Positions 36,726 to 48,315 of a DNA stretch of 64,000 bases are shown piece after piece (position 1 is the first letter of the stretch; the number at the start of each line of letters is the position of its first letter). Below the pieces are notes generated by a model, which did not search any database, was not told the DNA's origin, and saw nothing but the letters and a program-made list of their open reading frames with translations. The stretch covers positions 1 to 64,000 of the forward strand of contig JAMDHS010000057.1 of NCBI GenBank assembly GCA_029717555.1, read 5' to 3'. The translations under genes and the position numbers were made by a program. Origin of the DNA: Peribolospora baueri (Eukaryota).

Positions 36726-37956
36726 GAGCAGGTATCTGTGTATCTATGTGTTTGTCTGTCGATCGATGGCCTGGACGAGAGAAGAAGAGGCAAGGGTGAG
36801 GGGAAAGCGGAAAAAGGGATCGGACGGGTGGGCATTTATACCGTTCGTTGGCGACGACGGTGGGACGAGGTAGATGGTGGGGCGCTTAGCTGGGCTGGAC
36901 AAGAGGGAAGGACGCCTGGAAGGTGAGCCGGCGGCGGGCATGACATGACAGCGTCTGTCTCGCAGCCGCCGAGCTAGGGCACGCCGACGATCAGCATGGC
37001 GCCCTCGATGGCAGGCAGGAGCAGGATCGATGGGCTGGATTCGCTTGGACTGGAGTGGAGTGGATTGGATTTGCTTGGCTGGCGCGATTTAGTGGGAAGG
37101 AGGGAAGAGGGACGAGTGCCTGGCTCGCGTCGACCTCGAGGGCGGCGAGCGGGAGCAGTTGAGGAAGCGAAGAAGGAGCGAAGAAGGAGCGAGGGAGGCG
37201 GCGGACGATGGAAAGATAGATGGCATTGACTGCATCGACGTGAAGCGCCCCGAGTCGGTAGTGGTGTCAATGACGACCTGCGCTCGTTCGTTTCTATTTC
37301 GCTCCATCGTCCCAGCTGATGGGCCCCAGGTGCCCGCGTCAGGCACAGCGAGCCGCTTCCAGACCGGCGGCGGATCCTGCTTGGCGCAAGTTGGCTCCCT
37401 CAGCCCAGCCCAGCCCAGCCGAGTGCATGATGAATCCTCCATCCTTCGATGGACGGCATTGCTTCGATGCAAGCCAACGCCGTCGGCCTAAGGCGCCCCA
37501 ACGGCACTTCTTAGCCACGTCCCGCCTTCGCTTCCACACGCCGCCGTTTCAAGTCGACCTCGCTCGCCCTCGAAGGCATCATGGATGGATATGGGTTGGA
37601 CGGGACTTTCTCTCTCCATATGACTCTCTCTCTCTCCATGTGACTCTTTGACTCTCTGACTCTCTCCATCCCACTCTATCTCCACATGTTTACCCCTCGA
37701 TCTCTCTTTCCTCGTCCCCTCTCACCGCGACATGACCTTGCAGAAAACAAAAAAAAAAAAACAACAACAACAAAACAAAGACGAGTGCAGTCAAACGAGA
37801 GGAAAATGAAATGGGGAGGAGAGGACGCTCGCGTCGATGCAAAGAAACAAGAAGGAAAATCTTGCAGGAGGGTTACCGGTCGACAACGAGGTACGGTACA
37901 GCGAGGCGAGGCGAGGCGAAGCGATCCGATCCGATTTCGCGGCCTCATCCCATCCC

Positions 37957-39385
37957 TCACCTCCTCCCGCCCTTCTTACCCGCCTTCCCCCCCCTCCCGC
38001 CCTTGCCGCCGACAATGGCGGTAGCGCCGCCTCCCGCGCTGGCGAACCTGACCGCCTTCCTCACGTTCACCTCTCCCTCTCCCTTGCCGCCTCCCGCCGC
38101 GGGCTTGTCCGCCGTCCGGTCCCGCCTCTCTCCTACCGTCGCCGACGAGCGCTGCTTCTTTGACAGCGCCGGCCGAGGTGGAGGCGGTCGCTTAGCCGAC
38201 ACCAAGGCCGACGTGGATCTCTTCTTCGACGAGGAAGAGACATTATGACCAAGCGAGGACAGGAGCGAGAGCGCCGATGCGCGCTCGGCTGCCATGTCGC
38301 CCTCGTTGGGTTCAAACTGGTGGAAAGGACAGAGAGCGAGTGAAGAAGACAGTCAGCCGACGGTCGCCCCGGCGAAGCGAGACTGGCAGGCAAAACCGAC
38401 CGCTCACCTTCCTCTTCACGCCCTTCACCTTGCCCTCGTCGCCGGGCAAGCGGCTATCGAACCGACCAACGCTCGCCGTGCTCCTCCTCGTCCGATCAAT
38501 TTCCGCATCCAGCTCCATGTTCCTCTTCCGCCTCTCTTCGTTCCTCTCCACCCTCTCCTTGCGCGCCTTGCGCGCTTCCAGCGCCGGGTTTGCGTCGTCC
38601 TCTGCCAGTCCAACGAGGGGAACAGCGTGATGAGTGAAATGGGCAACGAAACGACAACGACAACAAAGACCACGGTGCTCACCCGCGTTGACAGAGACCT
38701 CATGAAGCCATTGCTCCTCCGCGTCCTTGTTCTTGCCCTTGTATCCCCAAACAGGCCTCCACTCCTTCCTCTCATCGTCCCACTCCATCTTCTCCTTCTT
38801 CCGCTTCTCGATCCCTTTGGCCTTGGCAAACCGCTCCCACTTGGTCAACGGCTTGGGCTTTGGCACCGGCTTCTCTCGCGGCAGATGCGTCGTCGGCGCG
38901 GGCAGGCTGGCGAGGACGAGGGAAGAGGAAGAGGCGGAGGTGGTGGTGGGGAGAGAAAAGATGGCGTTGACGAGAGCCTGCATGCCGTTGCGCGTCCGGG
39001 AGCGCAGATACTCCTCCACGTCGGCGCTGTGTGTAGCAAGCAGTCAGTCAGTCCATCAGTCAACCTTGCGCTTCGGCGCGCCCATCTCTCACGCGCCGCA
39101 ACGCACCGGTATCCTTCCTCATCGACGACATTAGCGTCAAAGACGGCCAACATGCCCGCGTCCACCTGGACCGGCACATCGCCCTCCTCGGGCACGACGG
39201 ATTTGCTGGTGGAAAAAACAGGAGAGGCAGCGAGTGGGCAGGGTCAGCGCACATGGCCCAGAGGAAGGAGGGATAAAAGAAGGAAGGAAGGAAGGACGCC
39301 TTCCTTTCTCGTCCACGGTGAATAAGAAAGAGGGCCAAACTCACAACTTGGACGCATGCTCGGCGAGAGCGTCAGACACGTCCAT
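37957..39385 (-). CDS. RRS1: Ribosome biogenesis regulator Rrs1
   Basis: DAGMLAVFDAN, TRNGMQALVNAIFSLP, LPREKPVPKPKPLTKWERFAKAKGI, WRPVWGYKG, STASVGRFD, VNVRKA. Confidence 0.93.
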
Positions 39386-39426
39386 TCTGGGCGTCAGAAC
39401 AGCTAGCTGTCGGAAGACGGGGCGAA

Positions 39427-39503
39427 GGTCTGGTCTGGTCTGGTCTGGTCTGGTCTGGTCTGGTCTGGTCTGGTCTGGTCTGATCTGATCTGATCTGATC
39501 TGA
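39427..39503. repeat. Compound pentanucleotide microsatellite (TCTGG)n(TCTGA)n
   Basis: Directly visible, about 40 nt upstream of RRS1 ATG. Confidence 0.95.
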
Positions 39504-40509
39504 CGGACAAGAAAACGGTACGGTGTACGATGACCGTCGAAGCGCCAAAAACCGGTTTCGACGAGTTGCGGGAGCGACGAAGGAAGCACGGACGGAAGGA
39601 CGGACGGAGGACAAAAAACAGCGGCGACGGAGATGGACGGCGATGGACGGCGGGAGATGGACGCAAAGAAAAGCTGCGGAGGGCGGTCCGTGCGGCCTCG
39701 TCTGATCTGTCTTTCTTTCTCACTCATTGTCCTGACATGTCCGTAGTCGTCATCGTCATCAGGACTGCCTCGATCGGCTGCGTGATCCAGGGACTGGAAT
39801 GGACCAAGGGAGACGAGTCTGGACGGGCGTGCAAGGGGTGCCTGGTGCCCCGCGCCTTGGTCTCGCCGACGCCGAATGCCAGGCCATGTTGGGCTGGACG
39901 GTTCTCACGTGCGAGCGTCTCCTTCGCGGTCAGTCGCCTTCGCTGGCACTGGCGTTGGCGTTGGTTATGGTTATGGTTGGCCCGTGCGTTTGCTTGTTTG
40001 CGGCCCTTGCCGCCCAGCAGAAGAGACCGATCCTGCCTGCGTCGCATTGGCCCGAGTCGCCGCTTGGCTTGGCTTGGCTTGTCTCGGCGATGCCCTTGCC
40101 CCGCTCTCAGCTCCTCCATCTCACCGATGAGCTGGCACCAGCTAGACCGCTGGTAGAAATTCAACCTTTCCTTTATATCGCCGCTGCTTCGTCCCCCGTC
40201 CATCCCGGCCCGGTGATCCGACGACCACTCCTTTTCCCATCTCCTTCCCACTCCTTCTTCCCCGCAGGTCTCGGCGGCGAGCGACGAGATACTCGCCGGC
40301 GACGCGGTCAATGGAACGGGTAGCATGGGGAAGGTTGTGGTGAAATGGATTGGCTGGATCGGCGTTTCACCCGGGTCACTTCTTCCAGACCGACGACGCT
40401 TAGCCGCCGTCGTCCCCCCTCTCTATAAATCTTGCCCTCGACGTCGCTCGTTGCCCCCCTCGCCCACTCACCATCTTCCATCCCCTCACCTCATTCTCAC
40501 ATCGTCTCG

Positions 40510-42764
40510 ATGCCCACCTGGCCCTCTTTCTCTCCCCTCGTAGAGCCCCTTCGTCGCCTCTTCCCTCCCATGGCTCCCTCCCCCGCCTCGTCTACCCCGG
40601 GCTCAGACTGCCCTCCTCCCGCAACGCTCCGTCCGCTTTCCGAGCTCGTCCGACTCGGCCGCACGCTCGTCTCCTTCGGCGTCCGACGCGGCGCCAGCGC
40701 CAACAGCGGCAAAGAACGAAACCAACGTCGAGACGATGGGACGGAGGAAGAAGAAGGACGTGAAAACGATAGGCCTCCTTTTGGACTCGCACTCGCCCTA
40801 GGACTTCATCTTGGCCATCCGTCTACGTGGCGTCAGGACGCCCAACGCGATCTACCACCCTGCCTCGCCCTGGGCGCCTTTGATCCTCTGTCTCCTCCTC
40901 CCCCCGCGACGTTGGAGCCGTCGATAGAGGAGGACACAGCTAGCGCAGGCACGCCTCGTCCGTGTCCGTGAGTAAACGACCGGCGGGAGGTGGGGCACAC
41001 GAGCGAGTGCGAAAGCTGAACGAATCTCTGTCCCTTGTTTTTTTTTTTTTTTTTTTTTTTTTTTACAGATCGGCCTTTGCCTTCACCTTCGCCTTCGCTG
41101 GACCATCGCCGTCGTCCGACGCGCCGAGCGTCGTCGCCTCCCTCTCGTCCCCGTACTTGCCCTTGTCCCCGGAGCCTTGCCTACCCAGCAAGAAGAAACA
41201 AAAGCGCAGCAAGGAAAAGGGATGGGAGGAGGAGTTGGTCGCCCTCTCGCTTTCGTCCCCTTGGTACCCTTCCTCTCCCTCCCCGCCTCCCTCGCCCTCG
41301 TCTGCCGCGCCGCGCTTCCGCTTACATTTTCCTCTTTCCACGCGCACCGGTTCCACCGACACGAAGGCGCACGGAGGCAGCAGCAGTCGCAGTTCGCTCT
41401 CGTTCTGTGACAGGGCAGGTCCAGACGGGGTGACCAGCCTGGACGGGTATCGGTTCGAGTTTGGTGCGAAGGCGGATGAAGGGTGCAGGCGAAGCCGAGG
41501 GACCGCTAACAACGAAAAGAAGCTAGAGGAGGAGGAGGAGGAGGAGGAGGAGGAGGAGGTCAAAATGAAGCTCGTCCAGGACATTTTCGGCTTCGGCATC
41601 CACCTCGACGTTGCTCCATCCCCTGTCGGTGGTTGCCCTCCTCGCCCGTCCTTATCGCAGCGTTGGCTCGGCAAGGAGGGCAGGACGAGGGAGGTACCCG
41701 GCCTGTTTGGTTCGCTCTCCTCTGCACTCTCTTCCCGCCCGTCCGATCCTTTCAGCCTACGTCGCACAACGCCCATCCCTGGCCGCCGAGACGCGTTTTC
41801 TTCCTCTCCCTCTTCCAATTCCTCTTCAGCCCGCACGCTGAGAAAGAAGCCGAGCACGACCCACTCGCCCACGCCTTTTGCCTCTCTCTTCGTTCCCGGC
41901 ACGTCCTTTGCCAACGCCGACGCGTCACCTCTACGAGACTGCTTCGCTTCCTCTTCCACCAGCGCCGACGCCGGTGGGGCGCCGCACGGCAAGCGAATGT
42001 GCGCTCTGTCTTGGTGCCCGTCGCTGAGGAAGCTCTCGACTGCGTCTTGGTGGAGAGCATTCATGACGAGGGAGGACGGGGAGGGAGAGGCAGAGAGGTG
42101 GGATGGTCGCGACACCATCCCGGCGTCGTTTCATACCTCACGATGCTCAGCAAGGGGGGGAGAGAGGGAGGAGTACCGGAAGCGGAAGCGGAAGCGGAGC
42201 ACGACGGCGACGGCGAGGACGACAACGAGGTCGACAACGAGGCCGAACCTCGCGTGGATGCTCGCCCATCCTGTTGAGGCTGGTGCGCACAACGACAACG
42301 CTCGACGCTCCGCCTCCGTCGTTCACTCGCGCTCCGGCATCTCCATCTCGAGCCCCATCCTGCGCTCCACGTCGGCGAGCGTAGATATAGATTTCCACGT
42401 TGACGTCATCGATGTCGACCGAGGCCACCAGCCGGAGAGCAGAGCCGACGCGTGTCCGTTGGAGCAGCGTCGAAAATCGGTGCTCTATGCGCCCTACCTT
42501 GGTCAAATCCCTTCCTCCGCCGGCTCGACGGTCGTCCAGGAACCGACTGTATTCGCCTCGCACCACCTGGCCGATGACCGCACCGGTTTCGACCTCGACC
42601 GGTACCTCGGCGTGGAGCATACCATGGACGACAACTTTGGATCTTTCACCCCTCATCGCCCAGTGCCATCGCCTTGCTCCAGGGCCAGCCTCGTCCTCGC
42701 TCCCAGCCGACTCGCCCACGTGCCCCTGCCAAACCCCGTGCCGAACGAGGGAAGAGAGCGGTGA
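40510..42764 (+). CDS. Hypothetical low-complexity Ser/Pro-rich protein (~717 aa), intron 40968-41068
   Basis: TATAAA at 40424; ATG 40510; GTGAGT...TTTTACAG intron joins the 179-aa and 600-aa ORFs in frame; poly-E run; no recognisable domain. Confidence 0.6.
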
Positions 42765-43114
42765 AGCGAGGTTAGTTGGCGTCATTCGATGTACATGTTC
42801 CTTCACCCTTGAAGGCGCAAGGAGAGGGACGAGAGCGGGGCGGGATTTTTTGTTACTTAGGATCGAATCATTCATTCGCCGCAAAAAATCGATGATGCCG
42901 TTGCTCTCGCTCTCGACTTTGCATGCATTTCTCTGGGAGGAGCCTGACGTGAGGATCGAGGCTGCAATGCAGAGCCTCACAAGCTTCCCGATCCCGATCG
43001 ATCACTCACTCTGCCTCCGTTGTCCATCATATCATCTGCCCTTTGCTTCGCAACCAAGCAAACAAGTAGAACGCCGCGCCGTACGAGCATCGACGGACGG
43101 AGGAACGAACGAAC

Positions 43115-44284
43115 ATGCTCCGTGAGCTACCCCGCGACCCTCCCTCTCTTCCCTGCGCCCTGGCTCCTGCTTGGGTGTCCGTCCTTCTTTCAGGAAGTCC
43201 GTCGCTGACAATGACATCGAGACGCTCACCACTCGTTCCGCGCCCTCCTCTCCTCTCCTCTCCTCTCCTCCGCTGCCGTCTCCGACGACGCAGACAAAGC
43301 CGCGGGCTTCGTCCTCGGTGACTAGTCCAACCTTCGTCGCATCGCAAGGGGTCGCCCGCTCACTCACTTGCCCCCTCGTTCCCTGTTCTTTCCCCCTCCT
43401 TTCTTTCACCAAGTCGCTCTCTGTTGGGGCTTTACAAACCCGTGAGTTCTCTCTTCCCTTCCATCCCCTCCGGTCGTCGACCAACCTAACCACGACGACA
43501 TCTCGTGACGAGACCCGCATGTTCCGCTTCGTCGGTTCGCCGCCCCGCCTCAGCTTCATCGCGCGAGACAGCCGTGGCTTGGAAACAGTCAAGCGGGAGA
43601 CGGCGCTACGACAGTTCTTAGCCGAGTGGCCCTTCCTCGCGACGCGCTGGCAGTGAGTGCATCCAGACGTCCGAGACGAGAACGATCACGAAAACCGGAG
43701 CAATGAAATCGACCGATCGATCGCTGAGACGCAACGAAATCCCTTCTTCCTTTGGCCCTTCTCCTTGGCCGTTCAAGATACGTCCTCCCGCTGGCCATCA
43801 ATCTCTCCGGATCCGTGGTCTATTTCTACATGCTCGGCAAAGCCGGTGAGCTCGGTCCCAAGCCTTCCTCGCCGTTTCATGTGCCCCCCCCCTGCTCCCA
43901 GTCTGACGCTGCCTCGACGTCTCACGTACTCCGCAGACTTGTCCCTGGCCATGCCCATCGCCAACGCTCTCATCCTCTTCACCTCCCTCGGCGAGCTCGC
44001 CCTGCCCCCTCTGCCATCCCCCTCGACTTTGGTATCGGCCGAGGCAGCATCGAAGAGCGGTGTGGAAAACGTAAAGCAAGATGTGGCGGCGGCGGCGGCG
44101 CAGACGCCGCGTGACGAGCATGGGTCGACGACCGACGACGGGCTCCGACCGAGCTAGCGCTGGACGAGGACGGGAGAATGATTTGGATGTACAAAGTCGG
44201 GCTCCGGACGATATCTCGCTGTATGCCGGCCTCGCAATGGTCTCGCTGGGTGTCGCGCTCTACGTGTCTAGCAAGGCTAATTGA
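43115..44284 (+). CDS. TMEM234-like small multi-pass membrane protein (EamA/DMT superfamily); last helix out of frame
   Basis: ML|HKAAGFVL|VALCWGFTNP|FIAR...RWQ|YVLPLAINLSGSVVYFYMLGKA|DLSLAMPIANAL; final LYAGLAMVSLGVALYVSSK helix lies in another frame after TAG 44157. Confidence 0.75.
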
Positions 44285-44627
44285 TTTGTTAACGTATCGC
44301 CGTGGGTGGCGTCCGTCGAGCGATGTATGGGCTGGGCTGTAATTCGGAGTCCTTCCTGTCGTTCGCTCAATGAAGGTGCGACTGGGTCCCCGAAGATGCG
44401 TCCTTGAACCTCGGTCGTATGAGAGGGCAAGGGCGACCGCGGCGGGCGCAGTGAAGAGGGCCGAACAGGAAAGACTGGGCGGTGGGAGCTTCGCCGAAGT
44501 GGACGGGATGCCGTGCGACTGAGTGGAGTCCGTCCCATCACAAGTCCAGTTTGGACATATGCCGGCCAGTACGAGGAGCGACGTCACCTCGGCCGCGAGC
44601 CCGGACCGCCATCGAGGCCGCCGCACC

Positions 44628-44903
44628 TCACGCGCCCGTCTTTGCCTTCCGCGCCTCCTGCTCCTCAGTGAGCGCGGCGGCCAGCTTCGCCAACTGGCTG
44701 CTCGCCGGAGACGCCGTCCTCCCTCCCCCGGATCCGCCGTCCGCATTACCGGGTTCAGAGGAGGAGGCGATCACTGGGCCCGACCTCCCGGCGTGGTCGT
44801 GGAGGAAGGCGAGGATGTACTCTCGCGCTGCGGGGCGGTCTACGTCGGCATGCGAGGGGTAGGGGAGGGTGACGTGGAGAGGAGGGGTCATTTGGGAATC
44901 CAT
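44628..44903 (-). CDS. Small protein (91 aa), possible RNA polymerase I subunit A14 (Rpa14/Ker1)-like
   Basis: ATG ORF with coding-like bias; pattern TPPLHV..P..V....AREYILAFL [G/S linker] SSQLAKLAAAL resembles recalled yeast Rpa14 TPVVIH..PQHVS..EVLQFLESFI [linker] SQLKRIQRDF. Confidence 0.5.
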   Translation of the reverse strand: MDSQMTPPLHVTLPYPSHADVDRPAAREYILAFLHDHAGRSGPVIASSSEPGNADGGSGGGRTASPASSQLAKLAAALTEEQEARKAKTGA

Positions 44904-45066
44904 GGTGGGCGGAGAGGAGGGAGGTGCTGAGCAAGGAGGATTAGAGATTCGGACGGCCGCCCTTCAAGAAGGATGATGATCGTGCCGCACTCGACCGAGC
45001 AGGAAGAGCTGCGGCAACTCGGCTCTGCCCTTCGCCTTCGCGCGTACTGCGGCAAGCGTCCGTCTC

Positions 45067-45072
45067 TATAAA
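45067..45072 (+). promoter_or_regulatory. TATA box of candidate snoRNA transcript
   Basis: TATAAA followed by CT-rich initiator region with no convincing downstream protein ORF. Confidence 0.5.
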
Positions 45073-45139
45073 TTTTCTCTCTCCAGCCGCTCGCCCCTTT
45101 CCTCCCTTCTTCACAGTCACCGCCTCGACACTCCTCACT

Positions 45140-45297
45140 CAGACCTTGCTCACACTTCTTCCATCGACGAGGTCACAATCGCGGAGCACAAGGGGGCGCA
45201 GAAGGAACTTGTCTTCTTTTTGATGGGCGGGGAAGCTGGGCAGTTCGCCGTCGATACGCCCCGTGGACGGACGAGCATATCAGCATCCTCGACATTT
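45140..45297 (+). ncRNA. Candidate box H/ACA snoRNA (snR32-like; LSU rRNA pseudouridylation guide); 5' end uncertain
   Basis: Hairpin 45228-45291 (CGGGGA/TCCTCG base stem, GTTCG-CCGTC/GACGG-CGAGC upper stem) followed by ACA+TTT; 15 nt from upper stem to ACA; pocket GCTGGGCA / ATATCA complementary to conserved LSU UGAUU[UC]UGCCCAGU. No canonical H box found. Confidence 0.6.
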
Positions 45298-45606
45298 CTT
45301 TTCACTTCTCCTGTCCTCTTTATCTTCTAGACTTCATATTTGAGAGTCGCCGTCATGTGGTTGGATATGAGCGGTGCGAGGCAGATAATTTATGAAAGGG
45401 TAGTTCACAATGCGAGTCTCGAGCAACGTAAAGCACGCGGTCCCGGCTGGCAGAGGCGCAGAAAGTGTCTCCTCCGATGTATGCGGTCAGACAGACAACT
45501 AGCAGAACGTTTTGCGCGTGCAACCGAAACTCTCCATTCGCTAAGCCAAGTCTAATATAGCCGAGAATGACAATTGAGTACGAGTGGACCGGCTCCCTTC
45601 GCCGCT

Positions 45607-48136
45607 TCAAAACCTCCTCGGAGCCTTCTTGAACACGTCCAACGCGCTCGGCTCTTGCTCCACCCCACCGCGCGCCTCGAGTTCGCGTTCCCGCTTCCTG
45701 CGCTCCCTCTGTTTCGCCAGCTTTTCCCGGATGGCCACCTGCGTTTTTGGTGCGATGGAGTGAAAGAAACGGGCGTAGTAGACGGAGGCAGCGATCCGAA
45801 TTCACATTATCAGCTCAAGCGCCAGCCATGTCACATCCTGACGGAGGTGGGTGAACGATTCGGAAAGAGTCCAGAACTTAGTGCTCACCGTGGTGGGATC
45901 GATGACGTTCTTCTTCTTCTTCTTCAAGAACCTCTTCATGCTCTTGTTCTTGCCCCTCATCTTCTTCGTCTCCCTCTCGTCGCCCCTCGCCGGCGCCCGC
46001 GACCTCTCCATCTCTGCTCTCTCTGCTTGCTCTTGAAGGCTCCCCTCGCCCTCTCCCTGTGCACCGTCGTCGTCCATTTTCCCATCTGCGCGAAGCCGCT
46101 CGATGCGAGACATACGCGCATACGGCTTCGAGGCCATCGATGCGCGATGGGAAGCTTGAGACGTTTGGTCGACGAGGTTCGTGGAGTCGTGACGCGACAG
46201 TGCGCCCAGAGTGTCCGGATCGAGGGTGATCATATCCGGTTGGATCTGCAAAAGATAGCGAAACGAGGGCGAACACGGTTGATCGACGAGCCAGGGAAAA
46301 TGGGCACCGAACACAGCCAGCGCTCAGGAGAGACATGTCCGACATGGAAGCACACGCACCTTGTCCAACAACATCCTGACCTCCCTCTCCCTCCGCTGGT
46401 TCCTCGTCTCATACGGGTCCGCCTCCGCGCTGTCAAAGTTGGGCTCTCCGGCGCCCGGAACGAGCATAGACGTAAAGCCTTCGTTGTGCCCGACGCCGAG
46501 GACGTCCTCGAATGGGCAGAAGGCCATTGAGTGAGCCGGTGTGCCTGGTAAATTGAGAGTGAGATACGGTCCAGGAGGCGCCCCAGTCGTGGAAACGTGG
46601 GTAGGTTTCTTGGCGTAGATCTGACGGACCAGGAGAAGGTTCGTTTGGGGTGCCGTCAGAAAGGATTCGTCTTCGACGGCGTCGTCGTCCCACGACAGAG
46701 AACGGGATTTCCGTTACTCACCGAAACATGATTGCCCCATCCGACGCCTAAGAGTCCTCTCTGACTGTACGCGATCTCCTTAGCCGGTCTCCTGGTCACC
46801 CACTCTCTCACAGCACCCTTGCCCAACATCCTCACATCCCACACCTTTATCGCCCCGTCCAATCCCGATGTTGCCATCGTCCGTCCTCCCGAACTCGGGT
46901 CGACAGCGACTGAGCTAACGGGACCATGGTGAGCGAGCAGCTTAAGCGCTGGAGTGGACAGGTTCGGCGTCCAGAGCGTGACGGTGCCGTTAGCGTGACC
47001 TAGATGTATGACAGCGGTATGTGGATTTTGCGTCATCACGTCGCAGCTTCCTAGTCCTGTTCGATGGGTCGAGATGAGTGTGCCCGTCGACGTGTCTTGA
47101 TATTTTAGGTGGCCGGAATTGCCCTAGGAGCAGAATTAGGTCGACGCCCACGGCAAGTGAATCAGCGAGCCCTGTGCGATCGTCTACATGCAGCAATATC
47201 ACTCACCACAGTTGCGAGCAAGAAGTGATATGGTAAGAACTGCATTCGGTTGACCTCGTTGTGCTTCTTGAGCTGGTGTACCTCCAGACCGTTCTCATCG
47301 TAGATGTAGACGTATTTCTTCTGCGCCACTGCGAAAAAGGATTGATTATGCAGCCACCTAGAAAAAACAGAAACAAAGATATAATTTAGTGTCGAGAGAA
47401 TGAAGTGCACATTCCCCTGAAGCATCTTAGGTGGCATGAAAAGGTCCGCCTGACTCACTTGACGTCTCGCACCGTCTCGCGAACATGAAATTCGGTCAAC
47501 AGCTTGCCTGCCTGCCAGTCAAAAGCGGCAATGTGACCCTTACGACCGGCAATGGCGAGATATCTGAGCATGGAAGAAGACAGGCAAAGAAGAACATCAG
47601 ACATGGCCAGCTCATTCAGCTGAACAGTGACAGTATGAGCATATAAGACAACACCTCGCTCACCGTCCATTGCGCGTGTAATCGGCCTCATAAGGGCCAA
47701 GCCCTGTTGGTCCCCCGAGTCGTAGCTCAAACCCCTTCTTCGCGGCCTCCACACCAACATTTTCCTTTAATTCGTCTTGGGTGAGCTTGAACGTCCTCTC
47801 TAACTCGCCCTCCGCTTCCACCACACCCGCATCCTCCATCTCCACGAGATACTCGTTCGTCAGGGCCGCATGCTCCTTCGCTCTGACGGCATCCAGGTGC
47901 ACCTTACCCAACCTGGCTCTGAGTTTCTTGTCCTTGACGCGAGAGTGGTCCTTGGGCGGTCGAAGCACGTTGCCGGTCCGGTCGTGGGTAATGTTGGTTT
48001 GCTGCAGCGAGACCGGGATGCGCGTTGTCGACGCTATCGAATCGGCCTGGCGCTCCATCTCAGTGTCCAAGGCGTTTGTGGCCTTCGCCTTTCCCCTAGC
48101 CTTTGCGCTCTTCTTGCTCTGTTTCTGGTCTGACAT
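45607..48136 (-). CDS. UTP7: SSU processome WD-repeat protein Utp7 (WDR46/BING4)
   Basis: [137 protein letters not shown]. Confidence 0.95.
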
Positions 48137-48315
48137 GGCGGACAAAGAAAAGACGGACGGGAGACGTGGAGTACGAGAAGGTCGGTCGGGCCCATATTTC
48201 AACTCAGTATAGCCTTCGAGATGCCGCAGCTTTTTGTGTGGCTGCGGATGGGGTGCCGGCAGCGATCACTCAACCATCTTTAACTCACCACCACCTCGAC
48301 CTGGATTTTCTGAAT

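Noticed and set aside
39341..39385. ORF ending ASKL* suggesting a peroxisomal PTS1
   Set aside because: It is RRS1 exon 1 read into the GTGAGT donor.
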